Shown in pieces: positions 51,134-64,000 of a stretch of 64,000 nucleotides of DNA. The notes under the pieces are model-generated. The model saw only the letters and a program-made list of their open reading frames with translations. It was not told the origin of the DNA and ran no database searches. The DNA is from an uncultured Chloroflexia bacterium (GTDB taxonomy: Bacteria; Chloroflexota; Limnocylindria; Limnocylindrales; CSP1-4), in NCBI GenBank assembly GCA_963795645.1, contig CAWCIK010000008.1, forward strand, positions 157 through 64,156, in the 5' to 3' direction. The stretch's first letter is position 1; the number at the start of each line of letters is the position of its first letter. The position numbers were made by a program, and so were the translations under genes.

Positions 51134-51862
51134 CCTACGGAGCGGACTTCACTGTCCGTAGCACCAGCAGACCGCGGGATCGTCGCCGACGCTTCGTACT
51201 CCGGGGCCCGGGCGATGAACCCGGGCGGCGGCGCCGGCTCGTCCATGTGCTCGAGCAGCAGGCCGAGCTCCGCCATGCGGTTCACGTAGCGTGACAACGG
51301 CCGGTGCACGAACGGGCAGCACGACCCCGGGCGCGAGCTCCTCCATCGACACGTCCTCGGTCAGGTACGGCCCGATCCGCCAGTACTGCTCGCCGAGGAT
51401 CTGGTCGTCGATCCAGCCGCTCCCCGGCACCTGCAGCAGCGGATGGTTCAGCAGGAAGAGGAACGTCCCGCCCGGCGCCAGCACCCGGGCGACCTCGGCC
51501 AGCGCGCCGTCGACGTTCGGTGATGTGCTCGAACACCAGGCACGCGACCGCGGCGTCGAAGCTCGCCGTCCGGCACCGGGAGCGCGTCGGCCGCGCCCCG
51601 CAGGTAGCGCGGGCCTCCCCCACGCTCCTCCGCGACCACGAGCTGCGCGACCGACGGATCGACGCCGACGACCGACGCGCGCCGACGGTGCGCGCGATGT
51701 GGCGCGCGACCTGACCCTCACCGCACCCGATGTCGAGCACCCGCGTCGCGCCCTGCAGGTGCTCGGCGATGAGCGGGAGCATCTGCTCCTCGTACTCGGG
51801 GTCCGCGCCGTCGGTGAACTCGTCCTGCCACCAGCCGGCGTGGGTCTCCCACGCTTCGTCGG

Positions 51863-51868
<6 letters not shown>
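51134..51868 (-). CDS. Class I SAM-dependent methyltransferase; at least 3 frame changes
   Basis: ...[45 protein letters not shown]..., ...[13 protein letters not shown]..., ...[21 protein letters not shown]..., ...[29 protein letters not shown]... The TTG start overlaps the uvrA stop. Confidence 0.7.
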
Positions 51869-54709
<2,841 letters not shown>

Positions 54710-54713
<4 letters not shown>

Positions 54714-54961
54714 GTTCGGCTCGCCGACCGGGCACCGCGGGCGGCGCCTTCCGCACCGCCTTCGGCGACGGCCTTCGCGGCCGGCTTCGCCGGCCGTCTT
54801 CGCGACTGCCTTCGCCGCCGACTGCTTCGTCGCGGCCTTCGCCGCGCCCTTGGGCGCCGCCTTCTTGGCACCGACTTCGACGCCGCCTTCGCGCGCGTCG
54901 CGCCGTCGGCGCGCTTCGCTGCGTCGTCGTCTCGCTTCGTCGTGCTCCGCCGCTCCGCCAT
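54710..54961 (-). CDS. Possible small Lys/Ala-rich basic protein or N-terminal extension of UvrA (frame uncertain)
   Basis: ATG at 54961: [30 protein letters not shown]..., and after one frame correction ...[26 protein letters not shown]... That corrected frame runs directly into the uvrA frame. Confidence 0.25.
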
Positions 54962-55014
54962 CGCCTCGGCAGTCTACTTCCGTCGAACAGGTGTTTGGGG
55001 TACCGGACGCGGCG

Positions 55015-57049
55015 TCAGCTCACGGCCTTGAGCTCGCGCTTGACCTCGTTGATCTCGTCGCGCAGCCGGGCGGCCTCCTCGAAGCGCATGTCCTTCGCGG
55101 CTTCGTGCATCTCCTCCTGGAGCGCCTCGATCAGGCGACCCAGCTCCTCGGGCGGCACGCCGCGCAGATCGTCGAACACCGCGCTCTGCTGCCGGCTCCG
55201 CCCCCGACCCGCGCCCGCGCGACGGCTTCGGAGTCGTCCGAGTCCGCGGAGCCGCACCATCTCGAGGATGTCCGTGACCTTCTTGCGGATCGTCTGCGGA
55301 TCGATGCCGTGCTCCGCGTTGTAGTCGAGCTGGCGCTTGCGCCGCCGGTTCGTCTCGCTGATCGCGTGCTTCATCGAGTCGGTCATCTGGTCCGCGTACA
55401 TCACGACCTGACCGTCGACGTTCCGCGCCGGCGCGCCCGATCATCTGGATGAGGCTCGTCGCGGACCGGAGGAACCCTTCCTTGTCCGCGTCGAGGATCG
55501 ACACGAGCGAGACCTCGGGCAGGTCGAGGCCCTCCCGGAGCAGGTTGATGCCGACGAGCACGTCGTACTCGCCGAGCCGCAGCGACCGGAGCAGCTCCAC
55601 CCGCTCGAGCGTGTCCACCTCGCTGTGCAGGTACCGGACCCGGATCCCGAGCTCGAGCAGGTAGTCGGTCAGGTCCTCGGACATCTTCTTCGTGAGCGTG
55701 GTGACCAGCACCCGCTGGTCGTTCTCGGCCCGCAGGTTGATCTCGGCGACGAGATCGTCGATCTGGCCCTTGGTCGGGCGCACCACGACCTCGGGGTCCA
55801 TCAGCCCGGTCGGGCGGACGATCTGCTCGACCACCTGCTTCGACACCTTCAGCTCGTAGGCGCTCGGCGTCGCCGACATGAAGACGACCTGGTTGATCTT
55901 CTCGCCGAACTCCTCGAAGCGCAGCGGCCGGTTGTCCATCGCCGACGGCAGCCGGAACCCGTGCTCGACCAGCGTGTCCTTGCGCGGACCGGTCGCCCTC
56001 GAACTGGCCGTGCAGCTGCGGGATCGTGACGTGGCTCTCGTCGAGCACGCAGAGGAAGTCGTCCGGGAAGTAGTCGAGCAGCGTGTACGGCGCCTGGCCC
56101 GCGGCGCGGCCGTCCAGGAAGCGCGAGTAGTTCTCGATCCCGGAGCAGAACCCGACCTCGCGCATCATCTCGAGGTCGTAGGTGCGTGCGCATCCGCAGC
56201 CGCTGCGCCTCGAGCAGCTTGTTGCGGTCCTCGAGCCACTTGAGCCGCTCGCGCGAGCTCGGCCTCGATGCCCTCGACCGCGATCCGCATCTGCTCCTCC
56301 TGGGTGACGTAGTGCGACGCCGGGAAGAGCACGAGCTTGTCCTGCTCCTCGAAGATCTCGCCCGTGAGCGGATCGACCGACGCGATCCGCTCGACCTCGT
56401 CGCCGAACAGCTGGACCCGGATGCCCCGCTCCTCGTACGCGGGGAAGATCTCGATCGTGTCGCCGCGCACCCGGAACTTGTTGCGGACGAACGACATGTC
56501 GTTGCGCTCGTACTGGAGCTCGACGAGCCGGCGCAGGATGTCGCGCTGGTCCCGCTCCTCGCCGACCTCGAGGGTCAGCAGCTGCTGGGAGTACATCTCC
56601 GGCGAGCCGAGCCCGTAGATCGCCGAGACGCTCGCGACGATCACGACGTCCCGCCGGCTCAGCAGCGCGCTCGTGGCCGAGTGCCGCAGCCGGTCGATCT
56701 CGTCGTTGATCGACGAGTCCTTCTCGATGAACGTGTCCGTCGACGGCAGGTACGCCTCGGGCTGGTAGTAGTCGTAGTACGAGACGAAGTACTCGACCCG
56801 GTTCTTCGGGAAGAACTCCCGGAACTCCGAGGCCAGCTGCGCGGCCAGGCTCTTGTTCGGGGCCAGGATCAGCGTCGGCCGCTGCACCTCGGCGATGAGC
56901 CCGGCGATCGTGAAGGACTTCCCGGAGCCGGTGATGCCGAGGAGGGTCTGGTACTGGTCCCCCCGCTCCACGCCGGCGGCCAGCTCCGCGATTGCGCGCG
57001 GCTGGTCCCCGGCCGGGGCGAAATCGGAGACGAGCTCGAATTCAGGCAC
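55015..57049 (-). CDS. uvrB: Excinuclease ABC subunit B; at least 4 frame changes as assembled
   Basis: [47 protein letters not shown]...[10 protein letters not shown]..., ...[14 protein letters not shown]...[23 protein letters not shown]..., ...NRPLRFEEF...[10 protein letters not shown]...[12 protein letters not shown]...[14 protein letters not shown]...[13 protein letters not shown]...[17 protein letters not shown]..., ...[23 protein letters not shown]-stop. Confidence 0.9.
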
Positions 57050-57059
57050 TGTCCTGACC

Positions 57060-57783
57060 CTAACGGCAGGGTGGGACAGTTACTTCCTGGCGCACTCCGG
57101 CCTGCGCTCCTGCTCGCTCGCGCTTTGGCGTCGGCGTGAGCTGCTCGAGGTCGGCCCAGAGGGCGTCGACCTGGGCGGCGAGGTGCTCGCGGGTCCCGCC
57201 GTTGTCGAGCAGGTGGGTCGCGACGGCCCGGCGCTCCTCGTCGGTCGCCTGCGCCGCCATCCGGGCCTCGGCATCGGCCCGCTCCAGGCCCCGCTGCTCG
57301 AGCCGGTCCAGGCGCAGCTCCCGGGGCGACTCGACGACGATCACCACCTCGTAGCCCCGTTCGGCGGCCTTCTGGGACTCCACGAGCAGCGGGACGTCGT
57401 TCACGACGATCGCGTCCGGCGGGGCCTCGCTCATCTCCCGGAGGAACTCGGCGCCGATCGCCGGATGGGTGATCGCCTCGAGCGCCTTGCGGTCCTCGTC
57501 GGTGGCGAACGCCCGGGCCGCGAGCGCCGGCCGGTCGAGCGTGCCGTCCGCCGCGAGGACCTCCGGACCGAACCGCTCGACGATCGCCGCCAGCGCCGGC
57601 TGACCCGGCTCGACCACCCTGCCGCGCGATCAGGTCGCCGTCGATGATGATCGCGCCACGCTCCGTGAGGAGCTCGGCCACCGTCGACTTCCCCGCCCCG
57701 ATTCCGCCCGTCAAGCCCACCAGCAGCACGGTCGAGGACTCTACGGGACAGCGCCGCCGGTCCGGCACCACGCCCGGCCGCAT
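57060..57783 (-). CDS. coaE: Dephospho-CoA kinase; one frameshift (an extra G in cagggtggtc near 57,620)
   Basis: ...[37 protein letters not shown] then [33 protein letters not shown]...ITHPAIG...[11 protein letters not shown]... The start is uncertain. Confidence 0.8.
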
Positions 57784-57845
57784 CCTGTCCCGAACATCCG
57801 TTATGCACCTTCTATAGGCTTCTGTCGGTTCGAGGAAAGGGACAG

Positions 57846-59626
57846 TTGACCCAGACTCCCACGCACCTCCGGGACACCACGCGCTGGCCCACGCCGCGCC
57901 CCGGTGAACCGCGGCCGTCGCCACGACGACCCGAGCCGGGCGCGGGCCCGCCTCGGACGCCCGCGACTCGGGCCCGCGCCTCGATCGCCCGGTCGGTCAC
58001 CGCCCTCGGCCACCTCGGGCCGCTCGTCACGTTCCTGCGCTGGGCCAGCCTCGCCGTCGGCGTCGCCCTGATCCCCACCACCGGCGACGCCGACCAACCC
58101 GACCCTGATCGTCGCGGTCGCGGTCCTGCTCGCGAACACGATCTTCCGCACGATCCGTCCGCTCCGGCTCCAGCCCGCGACCTGGCGGGCCGAGGCGATG
58201 CTGCTCCTCGACCTCGCGCTCGCGGTCCTGATGATCACGCATCACCGGCAACTGGGCGAGCCCGCTCATCCTCACCCCGCTGCCGACCGTCATCCTCGCC
58301 GCCTACGCGTGGGGCTACCGCGAAGGTCTCGCCGCCGCCGCGCTCACCGGTGCGACGATCGCGTTGGCCGACGCGCTCTCCGGCGTCTCCGAGGACGCGC
58401 TGCGCACCGGGATCCTCGCGTCGGTCGTCGTGCTGCTCGCCGCGCTCGTCGGTGGGTTCACCCGCCAGCTCTGGCTCGAGGCCGAACGGCGGCAGCAGGA
58501 GACGCTCGACCAGGTCACGCGGATGTCGATCGCGAACGACCTGCTGCACGCGCTGCACGACGTCGTGCAGACGCTGCCCGTCGTCGCTCGACCTCAGCGA
58601 CGTCGTCGCGTCCGCGCAGGAGACGTTCCGCGAGCTGGTCGACTCGACCGTCGCCGTGGTCATCGTTCCCGACGACACCTCCGACCTCTGGCACGTCGAG
58701 CTCGCCGAAGGCGTTCGCGCATGCCCGCGACCCTGCTCCCCGACGAGCTGCCCGCTCACGCTTCGACCAGGCGCTCGCGACCAGCGGCGTCGTCCGGGCC
58801 AACGACCTCACGCCCGGCTCCGGCGCGGCGTGCGGCGCCGAGACCCGGAGCGTGCTCGCCACGGCGCTGCGCGCCCACGACCGCGTCGTCGGCCTCGTCT
58901 CGATCGAGCACTCGCGACGCGGACGCGTACACCGAGGAGGACGCGAGCCTCATCGCCGGCCTCGCGTCGTCGCTCGCGCTCGCGGTCGACAACGCCCGCT
59001 GGTTCTCCCGGCTCCGGACGCTCGGCGCCGAGGCGGAGCGCGGCCCGCATCGCCCGGGACCTCCACGACAACGTCGCCCAGTCGCTCGCCTACGTCGGCT
59101 TCGAGCTCGACCGGCTCGCCGCGGTCCACGGCGACGACCGCGAGCTGAAGGATCTGCAGGGCGTCGTCCGCGGCGTGGTGGCCGAACTGCGCGAAACGCT
59201 CTATCAGCTCCGAGCGACCGTCAGCGAGAACCAGGACATCGTCGGACGTCGCCGAGGGACTACATCACCCGCTGGTCGAAGCCGAACCGGCGTGGAGAGC
59301 CGAGTTCTCGCCCCGTACCGGGCGGTCGGCGGGTCCCGGTCCAGGTCGAGCAGGAGCTCTGGCGCATCCTCCAGGAATCACTCACGAACGTCGAACGACA
59401 TGCCGATGCCTCCCACGCATGGATCAGCTGGAGGATTGGTGATGGTCGGGCGCAGCTCGAAGTTCGAGACGACGGACGCGGCATGAACACCGATGCCGTG
59501 TCCCGGGAGCGCTACGGGCTCGTCGGCATCCGCGAGCGTGCGGATGCCGTCGGCGCGCAGGTGACGCTGGTCAGCGAACCGGAAAACGGCACGACCGTGC
59601 TCGTAGAGCTGGAGGTACCGCAATGA
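57846..59626 (+). CDS. Sensor histidine kinase (membrane N-terminus, GAF-like middle, HisKA_3 + HATPase_c); many frame changes
   Basis: H-box region ...[24 protein letters not shown]...; ATPase ...[29 protein letters not shown]...[10 protein letters not shown]...[39 protein letters not shown]-like piece reads ...[30 protein letters not shown]... Confidence 0.75.
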
Positions 59627-60306
59627 CCAGCGTCCTGGTCGCCGACGACCATCAGCTGCTGCGCCAGGCACTGCGGCGCGCGCTCGAGGACTCGGGCTTC
59701 GACGTCGTCGCCGAAGCCGGTGACGGCGAAGAGGCAGTCCGCCTCGTCGCGCTGCTCCGGCCCGACGTCGTGGTGATGGACGTGACGATGCCCGTGCTCG
59801 ACGGCATCGAGGCGACCCGTCGCATCCACGCCGCGACCGGCGACGCCAAGGTGCTCGTCCTGACGATGCACGACGAAGACGCGCTGCGGGTCAAGGCCCT
59901 GCGCGCCGGAGCGGTCGGATTCCTGACGAAGGACTGTGCGATGCAAGAGGTCGTCGAGACGGTACGTCGCGTCGCGGATGGCGACACCGTGTTCTCACCC
60001 GAGATCGCCGCGGCGATGATGGCCGAGTTCCCGCGTGAACGGTGAGACGGCGACGAACGGGAACGCGGAACGGTCACGCGACGGGGTCGAGCTCGAGGCG
60101 ATCACTCGCCGCTCACGAAGCGCGAGCGCGAGATCCTGCAGCTCGTCGCCGACGGGCACTCGACCACCGAGATCGCCCGCAACCTGTTCATCAGCGCGAA
60201 GACGGTGAAGAACCACCTCGCGTCGATCTACGCCAAGCTCGACTCCCGCGACCGGACCCAGGCCGTGCTGAGCGGCATGCGCCTCGGCATCGTCCAGCTC
60301 CAGTAG
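59623..60306 (+). CDS. Response regulator, NarL/LuxR family; frame change(s) near 60,040-60,110
   Basis: [17 protein letters not shown]...DVVVMDVTMPVLDGIEAT...VLVLTMHDE...GAVGFLTKD, then in another frame LTKREREILQLVADGHSTTEIARNLFISAKTVKNHLASIYAKLDSRDRTQAV...VQLQ-stop. Its ATG overlaps the kinase stop (ATGA). Confidence 0.85.
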
Positions 60307-60314
60307 CTGTCCCA

Positions 60315-60374
60315 CCCGTGGGCTCTCATTGGCCCATGCACCGGTCCTCAGCAGTAGTACGGGCCATTGAAGCC
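60315..60374. repeat. Copy R1 of a roughly 58-60-nt direct repeat flanking the DUF559 gene (degenerate hairpin)
   Basis: cccgtgggctctcattggcccatgcaccggtcctcagcagtagtacgggccattgaagcc. It matches R2 at 51 of 58 aligned positions plus a 2-nt indel (my own count) and contains the gene's ATG. Confidence 0.8.
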
Positions 60375-61259
60375 TTGGCCGCTCGGCAGTTCGGCGCGTT
60401 CAGTCGCGACCAGGCCTTCTCCCTCGGCAGCGACGCGTCACACGATCGAGCACCAGGTCGCGAGCTGGCTGCATGGCCGACGGCCTTGCCGCGCGTCCAT
60501 CGCGTCGCCGCGGTTCCGTGGTCGTTCCGCCAGGACGCAATGGTGGCTGCACTCTGGTCGGCGCCGGACGGTCTCGTGTCGAATCGCGATCGGCTGGTCA
60601 GCTCTGCGGGCTTGGAAGGCGTCGCCACCACGGAGGTGCACGTCACGGTGCCTGCGTTCGCGACATCTCCGCTCGGCCCGTGTGGTCGTTCATCGGGTGG
60701 TCGATCTTCTGCCGGCGGACATCGGGCGCCTCGGGCCGATCCCGATCACCTCGCCGTTGCGAACCGTGATCGACCTCGCCGCGGTCCTCGACGTCGACAC
60801 GCTGGAGATCGCGATCGAGTCCGCGTTGCGCCGTAGGCTGTTCTCGGTCGGGCAGCTTCGGTGGCGCGCCGACGCACTCATGGGAACGGGCCGACCCGGC
60901 TCGACCACGTTGCGGTCACTGCTCGACCGTCACCAGCTCGGAGCGACCGACAGCGGGTGGGAGATTCGCACCGCGCAGCTCCTCGAGGCGGCAGGGTTCG
61001 GCACGCCGGTCCGTCAACACCCGATCCACGCGAACGGGGTGCTCGTCGCACGCGCGGACCTCGCCTACCCGGACGTGCATCTGGTCATCGAGTACGACAG
61101 CGACCAGTGGCATGACGGAACTGCTCGCCGTCATCGCGACGCGGCTCGGCGCAACCGGCTCCGGTCGCTCGGGTGGACCGTCATCGAAGTCACGCCCGCG
61201 CAGCTACGCGCATCCGAAGCGGCTTGCTGTGCGACGTCGCGTTGCTGCTCGCGGCCTGA
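60336..61259 (+). CDS. DUF559 / endonuclease-domain protein with an AbiEi-like N-terminal HTH region; several frame changes
   Basis: MHRSSAVVRAIEALAARQFGAFSRDQAFSLG..., ...HRVVDLLPADIGRLGPIPITSPLRTVIDLAAVLD...LEIAIESALRRRLFSVGQL...GRPGSTTLRSLL...SGWEIRTAQLLEAAGFGTPVRQHPI...ARADLAYPDVHLVIEYDSDQWH...RDAARRNRLRSLGWTVIEVT... The end is approximate. Confidence 0.75.
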
Positions 61260-61277
61260 ACCAGGCGCCGTCCCGGA

Positions 61278-61335
61278 CCCGTGGGCTCATTGGCCCGTAC
61301 CCCGGTCCAGAGCAGGAGTACGGGCCAATGAAGCC
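61278..61335. repeat. Copy R2 of the direct repeat; a perfect 13-bp hairpin that can also serve as a bidirectional terminator
   Basis: cccgtgggctcattggcccgtaccccggtccagagcaggagtacgggccaatgaagcc. The arms cattggcccgtac / gtacgggccaatg are exact reverse complements with a 17-nt loop. It lies between the DUF559 stop and the rpsA stop. Confidence 0.8.
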
Positions 61336-61379
61336 GGATCGAGCTACGACGGAGCTGTCGCTCTCGGGTGCTGCCTGAG

Positions 61380-62901
61380 CTAGACCGGCGCTTCGGCGCG
61401 CGCTCTCGGCCGCCGGTGCTTCGGCGCCGGCGCCGCGGCGGCGCGGAGCCTCCGGCGCGACCTCGGCCTCGGCGACCTCGGCTGCCGACCGCCTCTGCGC
61501 GCTGCGGACGCCTCGGCGCCTTCGACGGCAGCCCCTCGGCGCCCTCCGCCGCTTCTTCCTCGGTGTAGTCGGGGCCGATGTAGTTGCCCTCTTCGTCGTA
61601 GGCGTGCTCGCCGAACTGGTCCTGGTACTCGGCGGCGACGATGCCGCCCTCGGCGGCCTGCTTGATCGACAGCGAGATGCGGCGGCGGTCCAGGTCGATG
61701 TCGATGATCTTGACCCAGAGCTCTTCGCCCGGCGTGACGACCTGCTCGGGCGCCTCGACGTGGTGCACCGCCATCTCGGAGATGTGCACCAGGCCTTCGA
61801 TGCCGTCGCCGACCTGCACGAACGCACCGAACGGCACGAGCTTGGTGACCCGGCCGTAGACGAGCTCGCCGACCTGGTGGGTCGTGGCGAACTCCTGCCA
61901 CGGGTCCTGCTGCGTCGCCTTGAGCGACAGCGAGATCCGCTCACGGGAGAGGTCGACGTCGAGCACCTGCACCGTCACCTCGTCGCCGACGGTGACGACC
62001 GAGCTCGGGTGGTCGACGTGCTTCCAGGACAGCTCGGACACGTGGACGAGTCCGTCCATGCCGCCGAGGTCCACGAACGCACCGAAGTTCACGACCGAGC
62101 GACACGACGCCCTGACGCACCTCGCCGGGCTTGAGGTTGGCGAGGAACTCGTCGCGCTGCTCGCGCTGGGTCTCCTCGAGGTACGCACGGCGTGAGAGCA
62201 CGACGTTGTTGCGGTTCTTGTCGAGCTCGATGATCTTGCACTCGATCGTGCGACCGACGTACGGCTGCAGGTCGCGCACCCGGCGCAGGTCCACGAGCGA
62301 CGCGGGCAGGAAGCCACGCAGGCCGATGTCCAGGATGAGCCCACCCTTGACGACCTCGATGACCGGGCCGGAGACGACGCCTTCTTCTTCCTTGATCTTC
62401 TCGATCGTCCCCCACGCGCGCTCGTACTGCGCGCGCTTCTTGGAGAGGATGAGCCGACCGTCCTTGTCCTCCTTCTGGAGGACCAGAGCCTCGAGCACCT
62501 CGTTGAGCTGCACGACCTCGTGCGGGTCAACGTCGTTGCGGATCGACAGCTCCTTGGACGGGATGACGCCCTCGGACTTGAACCCGATGTCGAGCAGCAC
62601 CTCGTCGGAGTCGATCTTCACGACGGTGCCGGTGACCAGCCCGCCTTCTTCGAACTCGACGAGCGTCGCGTCGATCGCGTCGGACAGCGACATGCTGCCG
62701 AGGTCGTCGAAGACGACGTCGTTCGTGCCACCGTCTTCGGCGAGGTCTTCCATCGCCTCGTCGGTGCCGGCGTGATCTCGGTCACGCCGTGCGCCGTACT
62801 CGTGCGTGGTCTCGGGTGCTGCGGGTGGGTGCGGTCTCGGTTGCGACGGCACCGGTCTCGGGGGCGTCGGCCGGGATCTCGGCCTGCTCGTGCTCGGACA
62901 A
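61380..62901 (-). CDS. rpsA: 30S ribosomal protein S1; at least 3 frame changes; start tentative (TTG at 62901 after AGGAGA)
   Basis: ...LVTGTVVKIDSDEVLLDIGFKSEGVIPSKELSIRNDVDPHEVV...VSGPVIEVVKGGLILDIGLRGFLPASLVD...IECKIIELDKNRNNVVLSRRAYLEE..., then ...VVNFGAFVDLGGMDGLVHVSELSWKHVDHPS...GRVTKLVPFGAFVQVGDGIEGLVHISEMA...WVKIIDIDLDRRRISLSIKQA... These are four S1 motifs. Confidence 0.9.
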
Positions 62902-63001
62902 GGGGAAGGTTCTCCTAGGGATTGGGACAGTCGGGCGCCGCGCGATCGAAGGACTGCGGCCGCGTGGATGGTGAGGGCCCGGAAATGAGGGCCAAATGAG
63001 G

Positions 63002-63746
63002 CTACCGGGCTTCGGGCCGCCGTGCGAACAGGAGGAGCTCGGGATGATCGAGCGTCGGGGGCCCGATCGCGTACCCGCCGGGCTTGACCCCGTGGATCGC
63101 CTCGACCTCGAGCCCGGCGCCGCGGGCCATCAGGGCGAGCTCGCGGGCGGTGAAGCACGTGGTCCACAGCTCGAAGACCCGCTCCTCGCCGGCCTCGTTC
63201 CGGACGGTGGCGTGCTCGTGGAGCACCCCGGTGCGGGGATCGAAGTCCTCGCCGTCCTCGAGCCAGCGGATCGCGAAACGCGGCGGAGAAGGCACTGATC
63301 TGCGATCGCGCCGCCGGGGCGGACCGCCCGCGCGATGCGCTCGATGATCCCGTCGTCATCGTCGCCGCCGAGCAGCCCGAACCCGCCCTGGCAGAGGCAG
63401 ATCGCGGCGTCGTACTCCCCTTCGACGTCGAGCTCGCGGACGTCCAGCTCCTCGAACGTCGCCGGCAGGTCCTCGGTCTCGCGGCCGTCGCGCGGCGAGC
63501 GCGATGAAGTCCGGCGAGAGATCGACGCCGTGGGTCGCGATGCCCGCCGGGCGAGCTCGAGCGAGTGCCGACCCGGCCCGCACCCGACGTCGAGCACCCG
63601 CATCCCGGGGTCAGCCCGAGCGGCTCGACGAGGAAGTCGATCTCCTGGCTCGTGCCCTTCGTGAACGAATTCCGGAGATACGCGGGACCGAGGTACTCCG
63701 CGATCTCGTTGAACCACATATCGGGCGCTGCGCCTTCGTTCCCCAC
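63002..63746 (-). CDS. Class I SAM-dependent methyltransferase; at least 3 frame changes
   Basis: ...MWFNEIAEYLGPAYLRNSFTKGTSQEIDFLVEPLGLTPG / MRVLDVGCGPGRHSLELARRG / ...YDAAICLCQGGFGLLGGDDDDGIIERIARAVRPGG... / FAIRWLEDGEDFDPRTGVLHEHATVRNEAGEERVFELWTTCFTARELALMARGAGLEVE... Confidence 0.7.
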
Positions 63747-63854
63747 GCTCGCAGGCTACGGGGCCCAGGTTGTGCGGCTCGCTCATCGACCCGCCTGCCT
63801 TACCGATCACTTTACGCAACGCTTGACAATTCCCCGTGGCCCTAGGGGCAACGG

Positions 63855-64000
63855 ATGGTGAGCACGCCGAACTCTGGGGGGACGGCTCGGCGGATGGTGA
63901 TCCTTGGTCTGCTGGCAGTGATCGCGGCTTCCGGTTACGTCACTGCCTTTCCGCTCGTCCGGCGCGGTCTCGCCGATGTCGGCCGGATCCCGGGCCCGGT
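63855..64000 (+). CDS. 5' end of a membrane protein gene (partial, runs off the window)
   Basis: Own translation: MVSTPNSGGTARRMVILGLLAVIAASGYVTAFPLVRRGLADVGRIPGP... Only 48 codons are visible. Confidence 0.3.
   Translation, partial: MVSTPNSGGTARRMVILGLLAVIAASGYVTAFPLVRRGLADVGRIPGP

Noticed and set aside
61941-63746. 601-aa ORF taken as one protein
   Set aside because: Its N-terminal third is methyltransferase sequence and wrong-frame read-through. Only the last 250 or so residues are ribosomal protein S1. It is split into rpsA and a separate methyltransferase.

Overview
High-GC bacterial DNA that reads as three unrelated blocks rather than one locus. Block A (1 to about 41,265) looks like a monoderm of Actinomycetota/Chloroflexota type. 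It holds a partial MFS gene and a tightly overlapping 10-gene purine operon on the minus strand (purA-purD-purB-purC-purS-purQ-purL-purF-purM-purN::purH fusion). Next come a cell-envelope cluster (PT-linker membrane protein, two NlpC/P60 paralogs, a secreted protein) and a visibly less GC-rich stretch with an alpha/beta hydrolase, an orphan ssb and a matrixin-like lipoprotein. A photoreceptor neighbourhood follows: fasciclin lipoprotein, heliorhodopsin, and a CarH/LitR-like HTH + B12-binding regulator. It is bracketed by two paralogous L-amino-acid/amine-oxidase genes, one of them ATGA-coupled to a class III cyclase. Block A ends with nit-nadE-rsmI and two convergent peptide-type ABC importer gene sets. 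Block B (about 41,27x to 45,88x) is proA-nadD-rsfS-rlmH-M23 peptidase-ctpA(5' part), a gene order I associate with Alphaproteobacteria. Block C (about 45,9xx to 64,000) is actinobacterial in type: polysaccharide-synthesis genes, uvrA, uvrB, coaE, a two-component pair, a DUF559 cassette, rpsA and methyltransferases. Both block boundaries cut through genes. Nearly every gene in 21.9-33.2 kb and 41.3-63.7 kb needs one to many single-base frame corrections, several in G/C homopolymers. In contrast, 1-21.3 kb and 33.4-41.0 kb are clean. I therefore read most apparent pseudogenes as consensus errors in a chimeric assembly, not biology. No rRNA, tRNA, CRISPR array, transposase or integrase was recognised. 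The most interesting biology is the heliorhodopsin / B12-photoregulator-like pair and its flavoenzyme-cyclase surroundings. All calls rest on reading translations by eye; no searches were run.
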